DNA of 64,000 bases, taken from contig JAKFCT010000010.1 of NCBI GenBank assembly GCA_036676495.1, positions 1 to 64,000 on the forward strand. Reading direction: 5' to 3'. Below the pieces are notes generated by a model. The model saw only the letters and a program-made list of their open reading frames with translations, was not told the DNA's origin and ran no database searches. This document shows, in pieces, positions 18,712 through 28,451 of the stretch; positions within the stretch are counted from its first letter, which is position 1; every line of letters begins with the position of its first letter. The position numbers and the translations under genes are program-made. The DNA is from Candidatus Sericytochromatia bacterium. Its GTDB lineage: Bacteria; Cyanobacteriota; Sericytochromatia; S15B-MN24; UBA4093.

Positions 18712-19586
18712 GAGGCGAGCAGTTCTTCCAGCTGCTGGCGGCTGAGGTGGTACTCTTCGTTGCAGAAGTGGCAGCGAACCTCGGCCTTGCCGTCCTCGTC
18801 GATGATGCTGCGGATTTCCTGGGGCCCGAGGCTCGCGATCGCCCGCATGACCCGCTCCGGGGAGCATTGGCACTCGAAGCGCACGCGATCGGAGCGTTCG
18901 AGCACCTCGATGGCGAAGCCCTGCAGCGCGGTCTCGACGATCTGATCCAGGGAGTGGTGGCGGCGGATCAGCTCGGTGAGCGCCGGCAACTCGCGGATGG
19001 CCTGCTCGAGGCGCCAGGCGATCTCGTCGCCGGCCCCCGGCATGAGCTGGACCATGAGGCCTCCGGCCGCTTCCACGTGGCCCTCGCGGCCCACGAAGAT
19101 CCCCAGGGAAACCGCCGACGGCGTTTGCTGGGAGGTGGCCATGTAGTGGGTGAAGTCGTCGCTGAGCTCTCCGCTCAGCAACTCGACGGTGCCCGAGAAG
19201 GGCGTCCCCGTGCCGGTGTCGAGGGTGACGGAGAGGGTGCCGTCGTGCCCGACGGCACCGCCGACGTCGAAGGTGCCTTGCTCGGTGGGCGGCACGTGGA
19301 TATCCGGATGCGCGACGTAGCCGCGGATGGCTCCATCGGCCCGGGCGTCCACCAGGATGCCGCCCAAGGGGCCTTTCCCGATGATCCGGACCGTCAGGGT
19401 GCCCCGGTCCTTGAGCAAGGACGCGGACAAGAGGACGCCTCCGGTGAGGGCTTTGCCCAGGGCCGCGGTGGCCGTCGGGCTGGTCTGGTGACGGCGATGG
19501 GCCTCTTCGACCAGGTCTGTGGTGATGGCAGCGACGACGCGGATGCGGCCATCCGCGGCCATCGCCTTGATGAGTTGATCGGGCAT
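18708..19586 (-). CDS. hslO: Hsp33 redox-regulated chaperone
   Basis: AHRRH..PTATAALG, SQQTPS, AAGG, CQCS...CHFC Zn motif. Confidence 0.95.
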   Translation of the reverse strand: MPDQLIKAMAADGRIRVVAAITTDLVEEAHRRHQTSPTATAALGKALTGGVLLSASLLKDRGTLTVRIIGKGPLGGILVDARADGAIRGYVAHPDIHVPPTEQGTFDVGGAVGHDGTLSVTLDTGTGTPFSGTVELLSGELSDDFTHYMATSQQTPSAVSLGIFVGREGHVEAAGGLMVQLMPGAGDEIAWRLEQAIRELPALTELIRRHHSLDQIVETALQGFAIEVLERSDRVRFECQCSPERVMRAIASLGPQEIRSIIDEDGKAEVRCHFCNEEYHLSRQQLEELLAS

Positions 19587-19677
19587 GGAAACCCCTTCTA
19601 GTGGAAATCGATCGAACTGCCCTCTATCTTACCAAAGACGGGGGCGCAGCCCAAGCCGCGCCCCCGAGGTTCCCGCT

Positions 19678-21420
19678 TCAGGCGCGGGTGAGGGGTTGCA
19701 TGAACGCCGGAAGGGGCGCCGTTCCCGTGGGATCGACCAGGGCCTCGTAGGCATCGCAGAGCGCTTCCATCGCCGCGCGGCGCGGGCCGAAGGCCTTCAG
19801 CGCGTAGAGGCGAGCGACGAGGGCTTCCCGGCCCGATCCCGCGTCCAGGCCCTCCTGGGCGGCCTCGAAGAGCAAGGCCGCCTCGGTGACGGCGATCGCC
19901 TCCTCGAAGAAACGCTTGGCGGCAAGCTCGCGGCGCGCGGGCTCGAGCCCATCCCAGCTCGACACCTCGGCGGAAAGCGCCATGACCGCGGCTTCCACCG
20001 GCCGCGCCCAGTCCCGCAGCCGCGCGTCCTTGAGGGCCTCCAGGCGCCGGGCGCAGGCCGCCAGCAGCGCCTCATGGGCCCGCTCCTTGAGGAGCGCGCG
20101 CAGCATGTCCAGGATCAAGATGTTGGTGGTGCCCTCCCAGATCGGCAGGACCTGCGCGTCGCGAAGCAAGCGCGCGGTGACGAAGTCCTCGATGTAGCCG
20201 TTGCCTCCGTGAAGCTCCATGGCCTCCGAGGCATGCGAGACGGCGAGCTTGCCCGTATGGGCCTTGATCATGGGGGTGAGGATCCGCAACAAGGGGCCAT
20301 CCGTGCTTTCATGGCCCGCATCCACCTGATCCAGGTGGTGGATGGTCTGGAAGACCAGGCGGGTCGCGGCCTCCTGCTCGACGATCATGCCGGCGAGGAT
20401 CTCGCGCGCCAGGGCATGCTGATCCACGGCCTTGCCGAAGGCGACGCGATCCCGGATGTAGCGGATGGCCTCGAAGAGGGCGCGCCGGGAGACGGCCACC
20501 GAGGCGACGGAGTTGAAGACCCGCGAGAGGTTGAGCATCTCGGTCATGTAGTGGAAGCCCTTGGAGAGGTCTCCGACCGCGTAGGCCACGGCCCCCTGGA
20601 AATCCAGCTCGGCGGAGGCCATCGAGCGCACTCCCAGCTTGTCCTTGAGGCGGTTGATGCGGATGGGGTTGCGCGCGCCGTCCTCGAGCGTGCGCGGCAC
20701 CAGGAAGAGGCCCAGGCCGCGGGTGCCGGGCGCGGCTCCCTCGGGGCGGGCGAGCACCATCATCACGCCGGCGTCGGCGTTGGAGCAGAACCACTTCTCG
20801 CCCCAGAGGCGCCAGGAGTCTCCCTCGGGAACCGCCTTCAGGGAGGTCTGGCCGACGTCGGAGCCTCCCTCCTTTTCGGTCAGGAACATGGCTCCTTGCC
20901 AGAGCTCCTCGGGGTCCGAGGCCGTGAGGCGCGGCAAGTAGCGGCGCTGGAGCGCGGGGTCGGCGAACTTGGCGACCAGTCGCGCGGTGCCGGCGGTCAA
21001 GCAAACCGGGCAGTAGAGGCCGGTTTCGGCCTGCGCGAAGAGGTAGCCGAGGCCGAAGGTGAGGACATGGGGGACGCGCCCGAACGTCCGGGCGAGCTCG
21101 GCGTCGTAGCCATGGCTGACCAGGCCGGATCCGTAGGCGATGCGGACCATCTCGGGGTAGCTGGGATGGTAGACGATCTCGTCGATGCGGTTGCCCAGGG
21201 GATCGTAGGGGCGGTGGAGGGGGGGAGTGCGATCGGCGGCGATCGCCAGGGGGTCGACTTCGGTGGCGGCGCGCTTGCCCATTCGCGCGAACTGGGGCTC
21301 TGCCCAGTCATGCAGGTTTTCGGGAAGCATGCGGGCCATCAGGCGGCGGAAGGCCGGATCGGCGGCATAGTAGTCCAGCGGAAGCGAGGTCGGTACCTGG
21401 GAGGGGTTCTGGGGGGACAT
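19678..21420 (-). CDS. Acyl-CoA dehydrogenase (AidB-like)
   Basis: CPVCLT, GAMFLTEKEGGSDV, GEKWFCS, RLKDKLG, HGGNGYIED, IWEGTTN. Confidence 0.9.
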   Translation of the reverse strand: MSPQNPSQVPTSLPLDYYAADPAFRRLMARMLPENLHDWAEPQFARMGKRAATEVDPLAIAADRTPPLHRPYDPLGNRIDEIVYHPSYPEMVRIAYGSGLVSHGYDAELARTFGRVPHVLTFGLGYLFAQAETGLYCPVCLTAGTARLVAKFADPALQRRYLPRLTASDPEELWQGAMFLTEKEGGSDVGQTSLKAVPEGDSWRLWGEKWFCSNADAGVMMVLARPEGAAPGTRGLGLFLVPRTLEDGARNPIRINRLKDKLGVRSMASAELDFQGAVAYAVGDLSKGFHYMTEMLNLSRVFNSVASVAVSRRALFEAIRYIRDRVAFGKAVDQHALAREILAGMIVEQEAATRLVFQTIHHLDQVDAGHESTDGPLLRILTPMIKAHTGKLAVSHASEAMELHGGNGYIEDFVTARLLRDAQVLPIWEGTTNILILDMLRALLKERAHEALLAACARRLEALKDARLRDWARPVEAAVMALSAEVSSWDGLEPARRELAAKRFFEEAIAVTEAALLFEAAQEGLDAGSGREALVARLYALKAFGPRRAAMEALCDAYEALVDPTGTAPLPAFMQPLTRA

Positions 21421-21512
21421 CGCACGGCTCCTTTCCCTATACGCGACCGCGGGCCCCTTCGGAGCCCGGGCACCTCCATGCAACCATGAAAACGGGGGGA
21501 TGTCGTCGCGTC

Positions 21513-22400
21513 TTACGCGTCGGCGTCCATGAGCGCGCGGAGATCGTCGGGCAGGGGCGCGACCAGGTCGAGCAGTTCCCCGGTGAGGGGATGCGGGATC
21601 TGCAGGCTGCGGGCATGCAGCGCCTGGCGGGCGATCCGAGGATGAGGAGCCCCATAGAAGGGATCTCCCAGCAAAGGGTAGCCGAGGTGCGCCATGTGCA
21701 CCCGGATCTGATGGGTGCGGCCGGTCGCCAAGAGCAAATCGAGCAGCGTGGCGTCCTCGAAGCGGCGCAGGACCTGGAAATGGGTCAAGGCGTACTGTCC
21801 TTGGGGATCGACCCGGCGCTTCGAGCCGTGATCCGGCTCGCGGGCGATGGGCCATTCGATGCGGCCCCGATCGACCGGGATCCGCCCTTGCGCGAGCGCC
21901 CAGTAGCGGCGCTGGATCTGGCCGGCGGACATGGCCGTGGCCAGGCGCAGATGCGCCAGCTCGTGCTTGGCGAAGAGGACCAGCCCCGAGGTGTCCTTGT
22001 CGATGCGATGCACCGGGTGTAAGCGCCCCGAATGCCCTTGCTGGATGAGGTAGTGCGAGACGCCGTTGCCCAACGTGCCGACGTATTCGCCCTTGGTGGG
22101 ATGGACGATGAGGCCGGCGGGCTTGGCCAGGGCCAGGAGGGCATCATCCTCGTAGACGATGTCCAGGGGCATGGACTCGGGGATCACGCCCTCGGAGGGG
22201 CGGTCAGCGGCCACGAGCCGAAGCTCGTCACCCGACTGCAGGCGATGATGGGTCTTGACGGGCGTGCCGTTGACGAGGAGGCCATCCACCAGCTTCAACC
22301 GGCGAATCATGAGCCGAGACAGGGCCAGCTGGTTGCGCAGCACGGCCCAGACGGTCATCCCTTCCTGTTCGGGCGGGACCTTATAGCATGTCAGCTCCAT
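21513..22400 (-). CDS. RluA-family pseudouridine synthase
   Basis: KPAGLIVHP, HRIDKDTSG, TGRTHQIRVH, LLGD..YG, QALH. Confidence 0.93.
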   Translation of the reverse strand: MELTCYKVPPEQEGMTVWAVLRNQLALSRLMIRRLKLVDGLLVNGTPVKTHHRLQSGDELRLVAADRPSEGVIPESMPLDIVYEDDALLALAKPAGLIVHPTKGEYVGTLGNGVSHYLIQQGHSGRLHPVHRIDKDTSGLVLFAKHELAHLRLATAMSAGQIQRRYWALAQGRIPVDRGRIEWPIAREPDHGSKRRVDPQGQYALTHFQVLRRFEDATLLDLLLATGRTHQIRVHMAHLGYPLLGDPFYGAPHPRIARQALHARSLQIPHPLTGELLDLVAPLPDDLRALMDADA

Positions 22401-22586
22401 CGCGACGACGACCCTCCTGGCTTTCCATCCTCTCAGAGTGATCCGCATCACGCAAGGGATAGAAGCCTTACCTAAGCTTTCCATTCACTTAAACGATCGT
22501 TTGCGGAGTCATAAGAATCTTTCGGCGGCGGGGCGCGATAACACCTTTGTGACAGGTTGGGAACACTGGCTTAAAGGAGTGGGACG

Positions 22587-23075
22587 ATGATGGGTCAAGC
22601 TTCCGAAAAGATTCGCGGGACGGCGTTGCTCAATCTGCAGCTGAAAGTCTTGGAAGTGAAGATCCGCGGCGTCCGCGCCCTCTTCGGCGACAGCGCCGAG
22701 AGCGAGCGCCAGGCCCAGCAGGCCGAGCAGACGGCCCTGGCCGAGCTCGACCGTCGCGGCCAGAGCGTCTACGTCGACTGGTCCGAGAGCCTCGATCCGG
22801 TGGATCGCCGCGCCCTGCGCGAATTGCTCATCGAAGGCCGGTTCCAGGGCACGCTCACCCCGTTCATCTTCGAGGCGCATGCCCGCCGCTCGGAAGCCCT
22901 CCTGGATCGCCTGGAGCCCGCCGCCCTCGCCGCGCTGCCCGGAAGCTCGCGCGCCGTCTACCAGTCGCTGGCCGTCATCTACGCCGACACCCCCACCCTG
23001 CGCCGCCAGCTCCGCGTCATGCTCGTCACCGGCGCCTTCCAGAGCGTCGCCACCCCCTGGGCCCAGAGCGCCTAG
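22587..23075 (+). CDS. Hypothetical protein
   Basis: AAAGGAG RBS, GC3-rich codon usage, no recognised motif. Confidence 0.7.
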   Translation: MMGQASEKIRGTALLNLQLKVLEVKIRGVRALFGDSAESERQAQQAEQTALAELDRRGQSVYVDWSESLDPVDRRALRELLIEGRFQGTLTPFIFEAHARRSEALLDRLEPAALAALPGSSRAVYQSLAVIYADTPTLRRQLRVMLVTGAFQSVATPWAQSA

Positions 23076-23202
23076 TGCCGCGGCATCGCGGCCGGCCCCC
23101 CGGGGATCGCGGGGGGAGGATTGGACTTTATCGGGAAATTCACGACATAATAAAAGGCCGGATGCGCAAGCACCCGGCCTTTGCTATTGGGAAGGAGAGT
23201 TA

Positions 23203-24321
23203 ATGACGACGTCGACCCCCCTCAGCGCCGCCCCGACCGACCTGATCGCGATCAACGGAACCGATCACGTCGAATTCTGGGTGGGCAACGCCAAGCAAGC
23301 CGCCTACTTCTACCAAAAGGCCTTCGGCTTCCAGATCGTGGCCTACGCCGGCCCCGAGACGGGAATCCGGGACCGGGCGAGCTACGTCCTGCAGCAGAAA
23401 AAGATCCGCTTCGTGCTCACGACCGCCCTCGTGCCCGATCATCCGGTGGCGCAGCATGTCCTCGCGCACGGGGACGGCGTTCGCGACGTGGCCCTCTGGG
23501 TCGAGGACGCGGCGAAGGCCTTCGCGCTGGCGACCGCCCGCGGCGCCCGCGCCGTCCGTGAGCCGTTTGTCGCCGAGGACGCCCATGGCAAGGTCATCAT
23601 GGCCACGGTCGCCACCTATGGCGACACCGTGCACACCTTCGTGCAGCGCGATGGCTATCAGGGCGTCTTCCTGCCCGGCTACCAGCCTCGCACGGGCCTC
23701 GGCGTCGCCGAAACCGGCCTCGAGTTCGTGGACCACATCGTCGGCAACGTGGGCTGGAACGAAATGAACACCTGGGTAGAGTTCTACCAGACGGTCTTCG
23801 GCTTCCACCACTTCGCCAACTTCGACGACAAGGACATCTCGACCGAGTTCTCCGCGCTGCGTTCGGTCGTGGTGGCCAACCACAACGAGCGGATCAAGTT
23901 CCCGCTCAACGAGCCCGCCGAGGGCAAGAAGAAGTCCCAGATCGAGGAATACATCCAGGCCTACGGCAGCCCCGGGGTGCAGCACCTGGCGCTGGTGACG
24001 CATGACATCGTGGACACGGTGCGCAAGCTCAAGGCGAACGGGGTCGAGTTCCTGAGCACTCCCGATTCGTACTACGACGCGCTGGCGCAGCGCTTCAGCG
24101 GCCTCGAGGAGAACCTCGACGAGCTCAAGGAGCTGGGCATCCTGGTGGATCGTGACGACAAGGGCTACATGCTCCAGCTCTTCACGAAGCCCCTCGAGGA
24201 TCGGCCCACGCTCTTCTTCGAGATCATCCAGCGCAAGGGCTCGGAATCCTTCGGAAAGGGCAACTTCAAGGCCCTCTTCGAATCCATCGAGCGCGAGCAG
24301 GACCTGCGCGGCAACCTGTAA
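23203..24321 (+). CDS. hppD: 4-hydroxyphenylpyruvate dioxygenase
   Basis: DHVEFWVGNAKQAA, HGDGV, DHIVGN, GVQHLAL, LLQ-like MLQLFT, FGKGNFKALF. Confidence 0.96.
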   Translation: MTTSTPLSAAPTDLIAINGTDHVEFWVGNAKQAAYFYQKAFGFQIVAYAGPETGIRDRASYVLQQKKIRFVLTTALVPDHPVAQHVLAHGDGVRDVALWVEDAAKAFALATARGARAVREPFVAEDAHGKVIMATVATYGDTVHTFVQRDGYQGVFLPGYQPRTGLGVAETGLEFVDHIVGNVGWNEMNTWVEFYQTVFGFHHFANFDDKDISTEFSALRSVVVANHNERIKFPLNEPAEGKKKSQIEEYIQAYGSPGVQHLALVTHDIVDTVRKLKANGVEFLSTPDSYYDALAQRFSGLEENLDELKELGILVDRDDKGYMLQLFTKPLEDRPTLFFEIIQRKGSESFGKGNFKALFESIEREQDLRGNL

Positions 24322-24325
24322 CCGC

Positions 24326-24361
24326 CAAAAAGGGGCGGAGCCTGGCTTCAGGCTCCGCCCC
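24326..24361 (-). terminator. Hairpin terminator, U tract on the minus strand (may also stop hppD)
   Basis: aaaa-ggggcggagcctg-gctt-caggctccgcccc. Confidence 0.7.
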
Positions 24362-24362
24362 T

Positions 24363-24467
24363 AAAAAACCGGGGAGCGCCCCCTAAGAAGGAGCGCTCGA
24401 CCCGGCGACCTCCCGGCGCAGCCCCCTATTCGAACAGGCGGGGCACCTGGGGGTCTCTGAATTGGAA
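24363..24467 (-). ncRNA. Candidate ~105-nt structured sRNA
   Basis: TTGACG-16-TAGAAT with extended TGn (24500..24473), long hairpin capped by GTTCGAAT, terminator hairpin plus T6. Confidence 0.65.
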
Positions 24468-24530
24468 CTGCCATTCTAACAGGATCCCCCCGGTCGTCAA
24501 CCCTTGCTTGCCCGCTTCGAGAGGCTCTCC

Positions 24531-25304
24531 GTGCCCGATCCCGCCGTTCCCCAGCTTTCCCCCGCCGGACGACGCCTCCTGGCGGCGACCCGCATCGTTC
24601 TCGAGCATCCCTTCTTCCCGGAAAACGTGGGGGCGGCAGCCCGCGCCATGCGCAACTGCGGCTTGAACCGGCTCGTGCTCATCGACGGGGTCGATCCGGA
24701 GCATCCCAACGCCCGCAAGATGGCCGTTCGCTCGGAAGCCCTTCTGGAACAGGCGCAACGCACGGCATCCCTGGAAGCGGCCATCGGCGGAGCAAGCCTG
24801 GTGATCGGCACGACCCGCATGCCCTACCCCGGGATGCGCTTGCTGACGCCGCGCGAAGCGATGCCCCTCATGCTGGAGCACGCCGCCCACGGCGAGATCG
24901 CCTGGGTCTTCGGAAACGAGAAGAACGGCCTGTCCCGCGAATCCCTGATGCGCTGCCACCAGGTGGTGCGGATTCCCTGCGTGGATCCGGGGGCCTCCCT
25001 GAACCTCTCCCAGGCGGTGATGGTGATCGCCTACGAAGTCATGACGGCCGCCCTGGAGGTCGAGGCCTTGCCTTCCGGCAGGCCCCTGACCGGAGAGCGC
25101 GATCTCGATCAGCTCGTCGCCCACCTGGAAGACGCGCTCACCCGTTCGGGGTTCTTCAAGGCCCACCAGCGCCCCCGGAAGGAAGCCCTCTTGCGGCGAA
25201 TTCTCTCGCGAGTGGCGCTCGATGCCGACGAGGCGTCCGTCCTCCACGGGGTGGCGCACCGGCTGAGTTGGAACGCCGCGCACGGCGACGCGGAGCGCGG
25301 CTGA
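24531..25304 (+). CDS. trmJ: TrmJ/LasT-family SPOUT RNA methyltransferase
   Basis: ENVGAAARAMRNCG, VFGNEKNGL, SLNLSQAV; start uncertain (24504 TTG or 24531 GTG). Confidence 0.85.
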   Translation: MPDPAVPQLSPAGRRLLAATRIVLEHPFFPENVGAAARAMRNCGLNRLVLIDGVDPEHPNARKMAVRSEALLEQAQRTASLEAAIGGASLVIGTTRMPYPGMRLLTPREAMPLMLEHAAHGEIAWVFGNEKNGLSRESLMRCHQVVRIPCVDPGASLNLSQAVMVIAYEVMTAALEVEALPSGRPLTGERDLDQLVAHLEDALTRSGFFKAHQRPRKEALLRRILSRVALDADEASVLHGVAHRLSWNAAHGDAERG

Positions 25305-25370
25305 GGCCTCCCGGCGGGCCTTGCCTCCCCCCGGCCCCGCGGTAAGATGCCCGGATACAGGAGGCGCACC

Positions 25371-25598
25371 ATGAGCGAAAAGGACATCATCGACTCCTCC
25401 TGGGCGGAATGGCGTGAGACCCAGGTTCGCGGGGCCGTCGAAGGCGAGGCTCGGCTCCGCCGCTCGCTCCCGGTCATGGGCAACCGTCCCCACTTGCCGG
25501 ACGGCAGTGCCGTGATGGACCTCGACTCCGTTGAACGGGTCCACCAGGAGCCCTGGGAGACGGCCCCAATCGAGGGGCACTCCCCTACCTCGTCCTGA
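25371..25598 (+). CDS. Small hypothetical protein
   Basis: AGGAGG RBS before ATG; 75 aa. Confidence 0.6.
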   Translation: MSEKDIIDSSWAEWRETQVRGAVEGEARLRRSLPVMGNRPHLPDGSAVMDLDSVERVHQEPWETAPIEGHSPTSS

Positions 25599-25747
25599 AC
25601 CTCGTCCTCATCGAGCCGCAGGCGCGAGGCGCAAACCCCGCGGCCGGCCCCCGAAAGGGCATGCCGGCCGTTTTTCTTCTCCGATCCCTCCGAGGCTCAA
25701 GCTCGCTCGCTTGACTAGACTCGGGACAGGGCCGAGAGGAGGCGTCC

Positions 25748-26623
25748 ATGCAAGCATCGGGCGGGAGCTGGCAAGGGACGAGGCGCAGGGGACGCGGAGG
25801 GGGGCTGCGGCGGAGCCTTCGGCTCGCGTTCCGGAGCCTGCTCGGCATGCTGCTGGCCGGGGCGCTGCCGCATCCTGCGGCGCGCGCAGCGACGCCGCCC
25901 GCATTCGGCATCTCGCGCTTCGACCTCCAGGACCCGCGCGTCCTGCTTCAGATGACCTTCGCGCAGGGGCACGATCGCCCAAACGGCCCCGAGACCTTCT
26001 CGCGGATGGTCGATCGCGCGCGGGGCGCCTTGCTCGTCAACGGCACCTTCTTCAACGTCCGCACCTACGAGACGTTCGGCAACCTCGTCACGGGCGGCCG
26101 GCTGGTGCAGCATCGGGACTGGGACCATCGCGGCACCGCCCTGGTCATCGGGCGCGATCGCCGAGGCCGCCTGCATACGCTCCGCGAGGCCGGCTGGCCC
26201 GACTACCAGGACTCCTGGCTGATCCTCCCGGCGGGACCCCGGCTCCTCACCCAGGGGCGCGTCACCCTCGATCCTCGCAAGGAAGGCTTCCAGGATCCCA
26301 CGCTCTTCCGCCGCAAGCCGCGGACGGCCCTGGGCCTGAGCGACGACGGAAGGACCCTCTGGGTGGTGACCATTCGCCAGGACGTCAGCCTCCACGAGGA
26401 AGCCACGATCATGCAACGGCTGGGAGTCTCGGAGGCCTTGAACCTCGACGGGGGGACCTCGGTCGGGCTCGCGAAAGCGGGCAAGGTCCGGCTGCATCCG
26501 CGCACGCCGCTGACCCAAGCGCTGGTGGTCTACGACGCCCAGCACCCCGCTCCGAGGCCGCTTCAGGAGCGGTATGCCGCCTGGCTCAAGGGGCCTCCGG
26601 CTCGGGGGCATTCTCCACGATGA
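25748..26623 (+). CDS. Phosphodiester glycosidase (NAGPA) family protein
   Basis: NGTFF, GPRLL, PRTALG, ALNLDGGTS. Confidence 0.85.
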   Translation: MQASGGSWQGTRRRGRGGGLRRSLRLAFRSLLGMLLAGALPHPAARAATPPAFGISRFDLQDPRVLLQMTFAQGHDRPNGPETFSRMVDRARGALLVNGTFFNVRTYETFGNLVTGGRLVQHRDWDHRGTALVIGRDRRGRLHTLREAGWPDYQDSWLILPAGPRLLTQGRVTLDPRKEGFQDPTLFRRKPRTALGLSDDGRTLWVVTIRQDVSLHEEATIMQRLGVSEALNLDGGTSVGLAKAGKVRLHPRTPLTQALVVYDAQHPAPRPLQERYAAWLKGPPARGHSPR

Positions 26624-27647
26624 TCAGGGCATTGCTCACGGGGCGGCACCAGCCCGTGGCCACGCGGCTGACCAGCTCGTCTCCCACCATCATGGTCGTC
26701 GAGCCTCCGCCGTCCCAGTTGAGCGCTTCGGTCGCCCCCAGCTCGAGGAAGAGCTGGGCCAATTCCGCCAGGGCGATGCCCTTGCTGTGGCCCGGGACGC
26801 GGCCGTCCACGGTGACGAGGAGGACCCGTCCCTCGGGGGTGAGTCCCACGGCCGTGCGCGGCTCCCGGGCCTTCATGATGTAGCCGTCAAAGCCACCCGA
26901 CAAGTTGAGCTCGCCCGCCTGAACCAGCAAGGGCCCTCCCTCCAGCGCGAAGGGGGCTTCATCCCACGGTTCATTGAGCGTCGGGGCTTTCCGCGGCTCA
27001 GCGGCCTTGGCGGGCTTGGGAGCCCCGGAGAGGTCCCGCAGCCACTGGCGCCAGCGCGGCATAGGCTCGGGAGAAGGCATCAGGGCCTTGGCCAGCTGAG
27101 CGCGCTGCTCGGCGGGAGTCAGACGACGCGGGCTTCCGAAGAAGGCCGTGCCGTCGGGAGCCAAGCCCAAGGCGGGGCGATCGCCCCGAGGCTCGCTCAG
27201 GATCGCTCCGTCCACCTTGACCAGGCCGATGGGACGCCCATCCTCACGGTTGTTGAAGTGGAAGTAAGACCCGTTGATGGCGGCCAGCGCCTTGTACCGG
27301 CGCGCGATCTGGCGGGTCGATTCCCGGCGGGTCGGGCCGGGCCCCTCGGCCGGAGCCACCATCAGGCGGTAACGCGCATCGCGCGGATCGAGCGAGACCA
27401 CGTTCACGAAGACCGGATGCCCCTTCTCCCGGCCCTTGTATTGCGACCACTCCACCCCCGGAGCGATCTCCCGCCGGGAGACCGTCTCGTAGCGCATGGG
27501 GTGGGTCGCCTTGCGCTCGGCCGGAGCGGGGATCTCCATGCGCGGCTCCGCGCGATCCGGCGCCCCGTCTTGGCTGACCGTCTGGCAAGCCGAAAGCATG
27601 AGGACGAGGCCGGCCATGGCGCCCCGAAGGGCCGTGCGCGACAGCAT
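26586..27647 (-). CDS. Phosphodiester glycosidase (NAGPA) family lipoprotein
   Basis: LSAC lipobox, AAINGSYF, GGPLLV, PRTAVG, VTVDGR, ALNWDGGGST, RPVSNAL. Confidence 0.88.
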   Translation of the reverse strand: MLSRTALRGAMAGLVLMLSACQTVSQDGAPDRAEPRMEIPAPAERKATHPMRYETVSRREIAPGVEWSQYKGREKGHPVFVNVVSLDPRDARYRLMVAPAEGPGPTRRESTRQIARRYKALAAINGSYFHFNNREDGRPIGLVKVDGAILSEPRGDRPALGLAPDGTAFFGSPRRLTPAEQRAQLAKALMPSPEPMPRWRQWLRDLSGAPKPAKAAEPRKAPTLNEPWDEAPFALEGGPLLVQAGELNLSGGFDGYIMKAREPRTAVGLTPEGRVLLVTVDGRVPGHSKGIALAELAQLFLELGATEALNWDGGGSTTMMVGDELVSRVATGWCRPVSNALIIVENAPEPEAP

Positions 27648-27773
27648 TTGCGGTGCTCCTGAACAAGCGAGTGGAACGTTCGTTATCGTAGCAGAGACTC
27701 CCCCCGAATACCAAGCCCCCCGATCCGGCCCAGCCCCCTCCCCTAACCTTTGCAAGCAAGCTATAATACGCGC

Positions 27774-28451
27774 ATGGCTACACCGTTCAAGCAATTCGCC
27801 GTCATCGGTCTCGGACGATTCGGGCAGAGCGTCTGCCGGACCCTCCACGAGCACGGCCATGACGTCCTCGCCCTCGACCAGTCCGAAGAACTCACCCGCG
27901 ACGTCCATGCCGAGGGCATCGCCACCCTGGTCGTCCAGGCCGATTCCACGGAAATCCAGGCCCTGCGGGAAGTGGACATCCATGAGTACGATACCGTGGT
28001 GGTGGCCATCGGCTCCGACCTCGAAGCCAGCGTGCTTACGGTCCTCAACCTGCTCGACCTGGGCGTGAAGAACATCGTCGCCAAGGCCTCCTACGATCGA
28101 CACGGCCAGGTGCTGGAGCGCGTCGGCGGCTCCGCGATCCGGGTGGTCTACCCCGAGCGTCAAATGGGCGAGCGGATCGCCAACTCCATCAGCGAGGCGG
28201 ACATCCTCGAGACCATCGAGCTCTCTCCCGATTACTCCATCACCGAGATTCACCCCCCGCGCGAGTGGATCGGCAAGAGCCTCGCCGAGATGGAGCTGCG
28301 GCCGCGCTACGGCGTCACGGTCATCGCCATCAAGAGCGGGCGCGTGCTCAAGGTCGCTCCGTCGGGTGAGGAGTGCTTCCACGCCGGGGACATCATCACC
28401 ATGGTCGGCCCCAACACCCGGCTCGACGAACTCCGCGCCCTCAGCTCATGA
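27774..28451 (+). CDS. ktrA: KtrA/TrkA potassium uptake regulatory subunit
   Basis: FAVIGLGRFG Rossmann motif, VVAIG, VVYPE, RCK-C domain. Confidence 0.9.
   Translation: MATPFKQFAVIGLGRFGQSVCRTLHEHGHDVLALDQSEELTRDVHAEGIATLVVQADSTEIQALREVDIHEYDTVVVAIGSDLEASVLTVLNLLDLGVKNIVAKASYDRHGQVLERVGGSAIRVVYPERQMGERIANSISEADILETIELSPDYSITEIHPPREWIGKSLAEMELRPRYGVTVIAIKSGRVLKVAPSGEECFHAGDIITMVGPNTRLDELRALSS

Noticed and set aside
23153-23182. Attenuator in the hppD leader
   Set aside because: A single hairpin that could equally terminate the upstream gene; no alternative structure seen.
24410-24467. tRNA gene (GTTCGAAT)
   Set aside because: No cloverleaf, D arm, anticodon arm or acceptor stem.
27648-28382. 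Apparent N-terminal extension of the NAGPA lipoprotein (also extensions of the acyl-CoA dehydrogenase and hppD ORFs)
   Set aside because: These overlap real genes; the true starts are downstream with a signal peptide or RBS.
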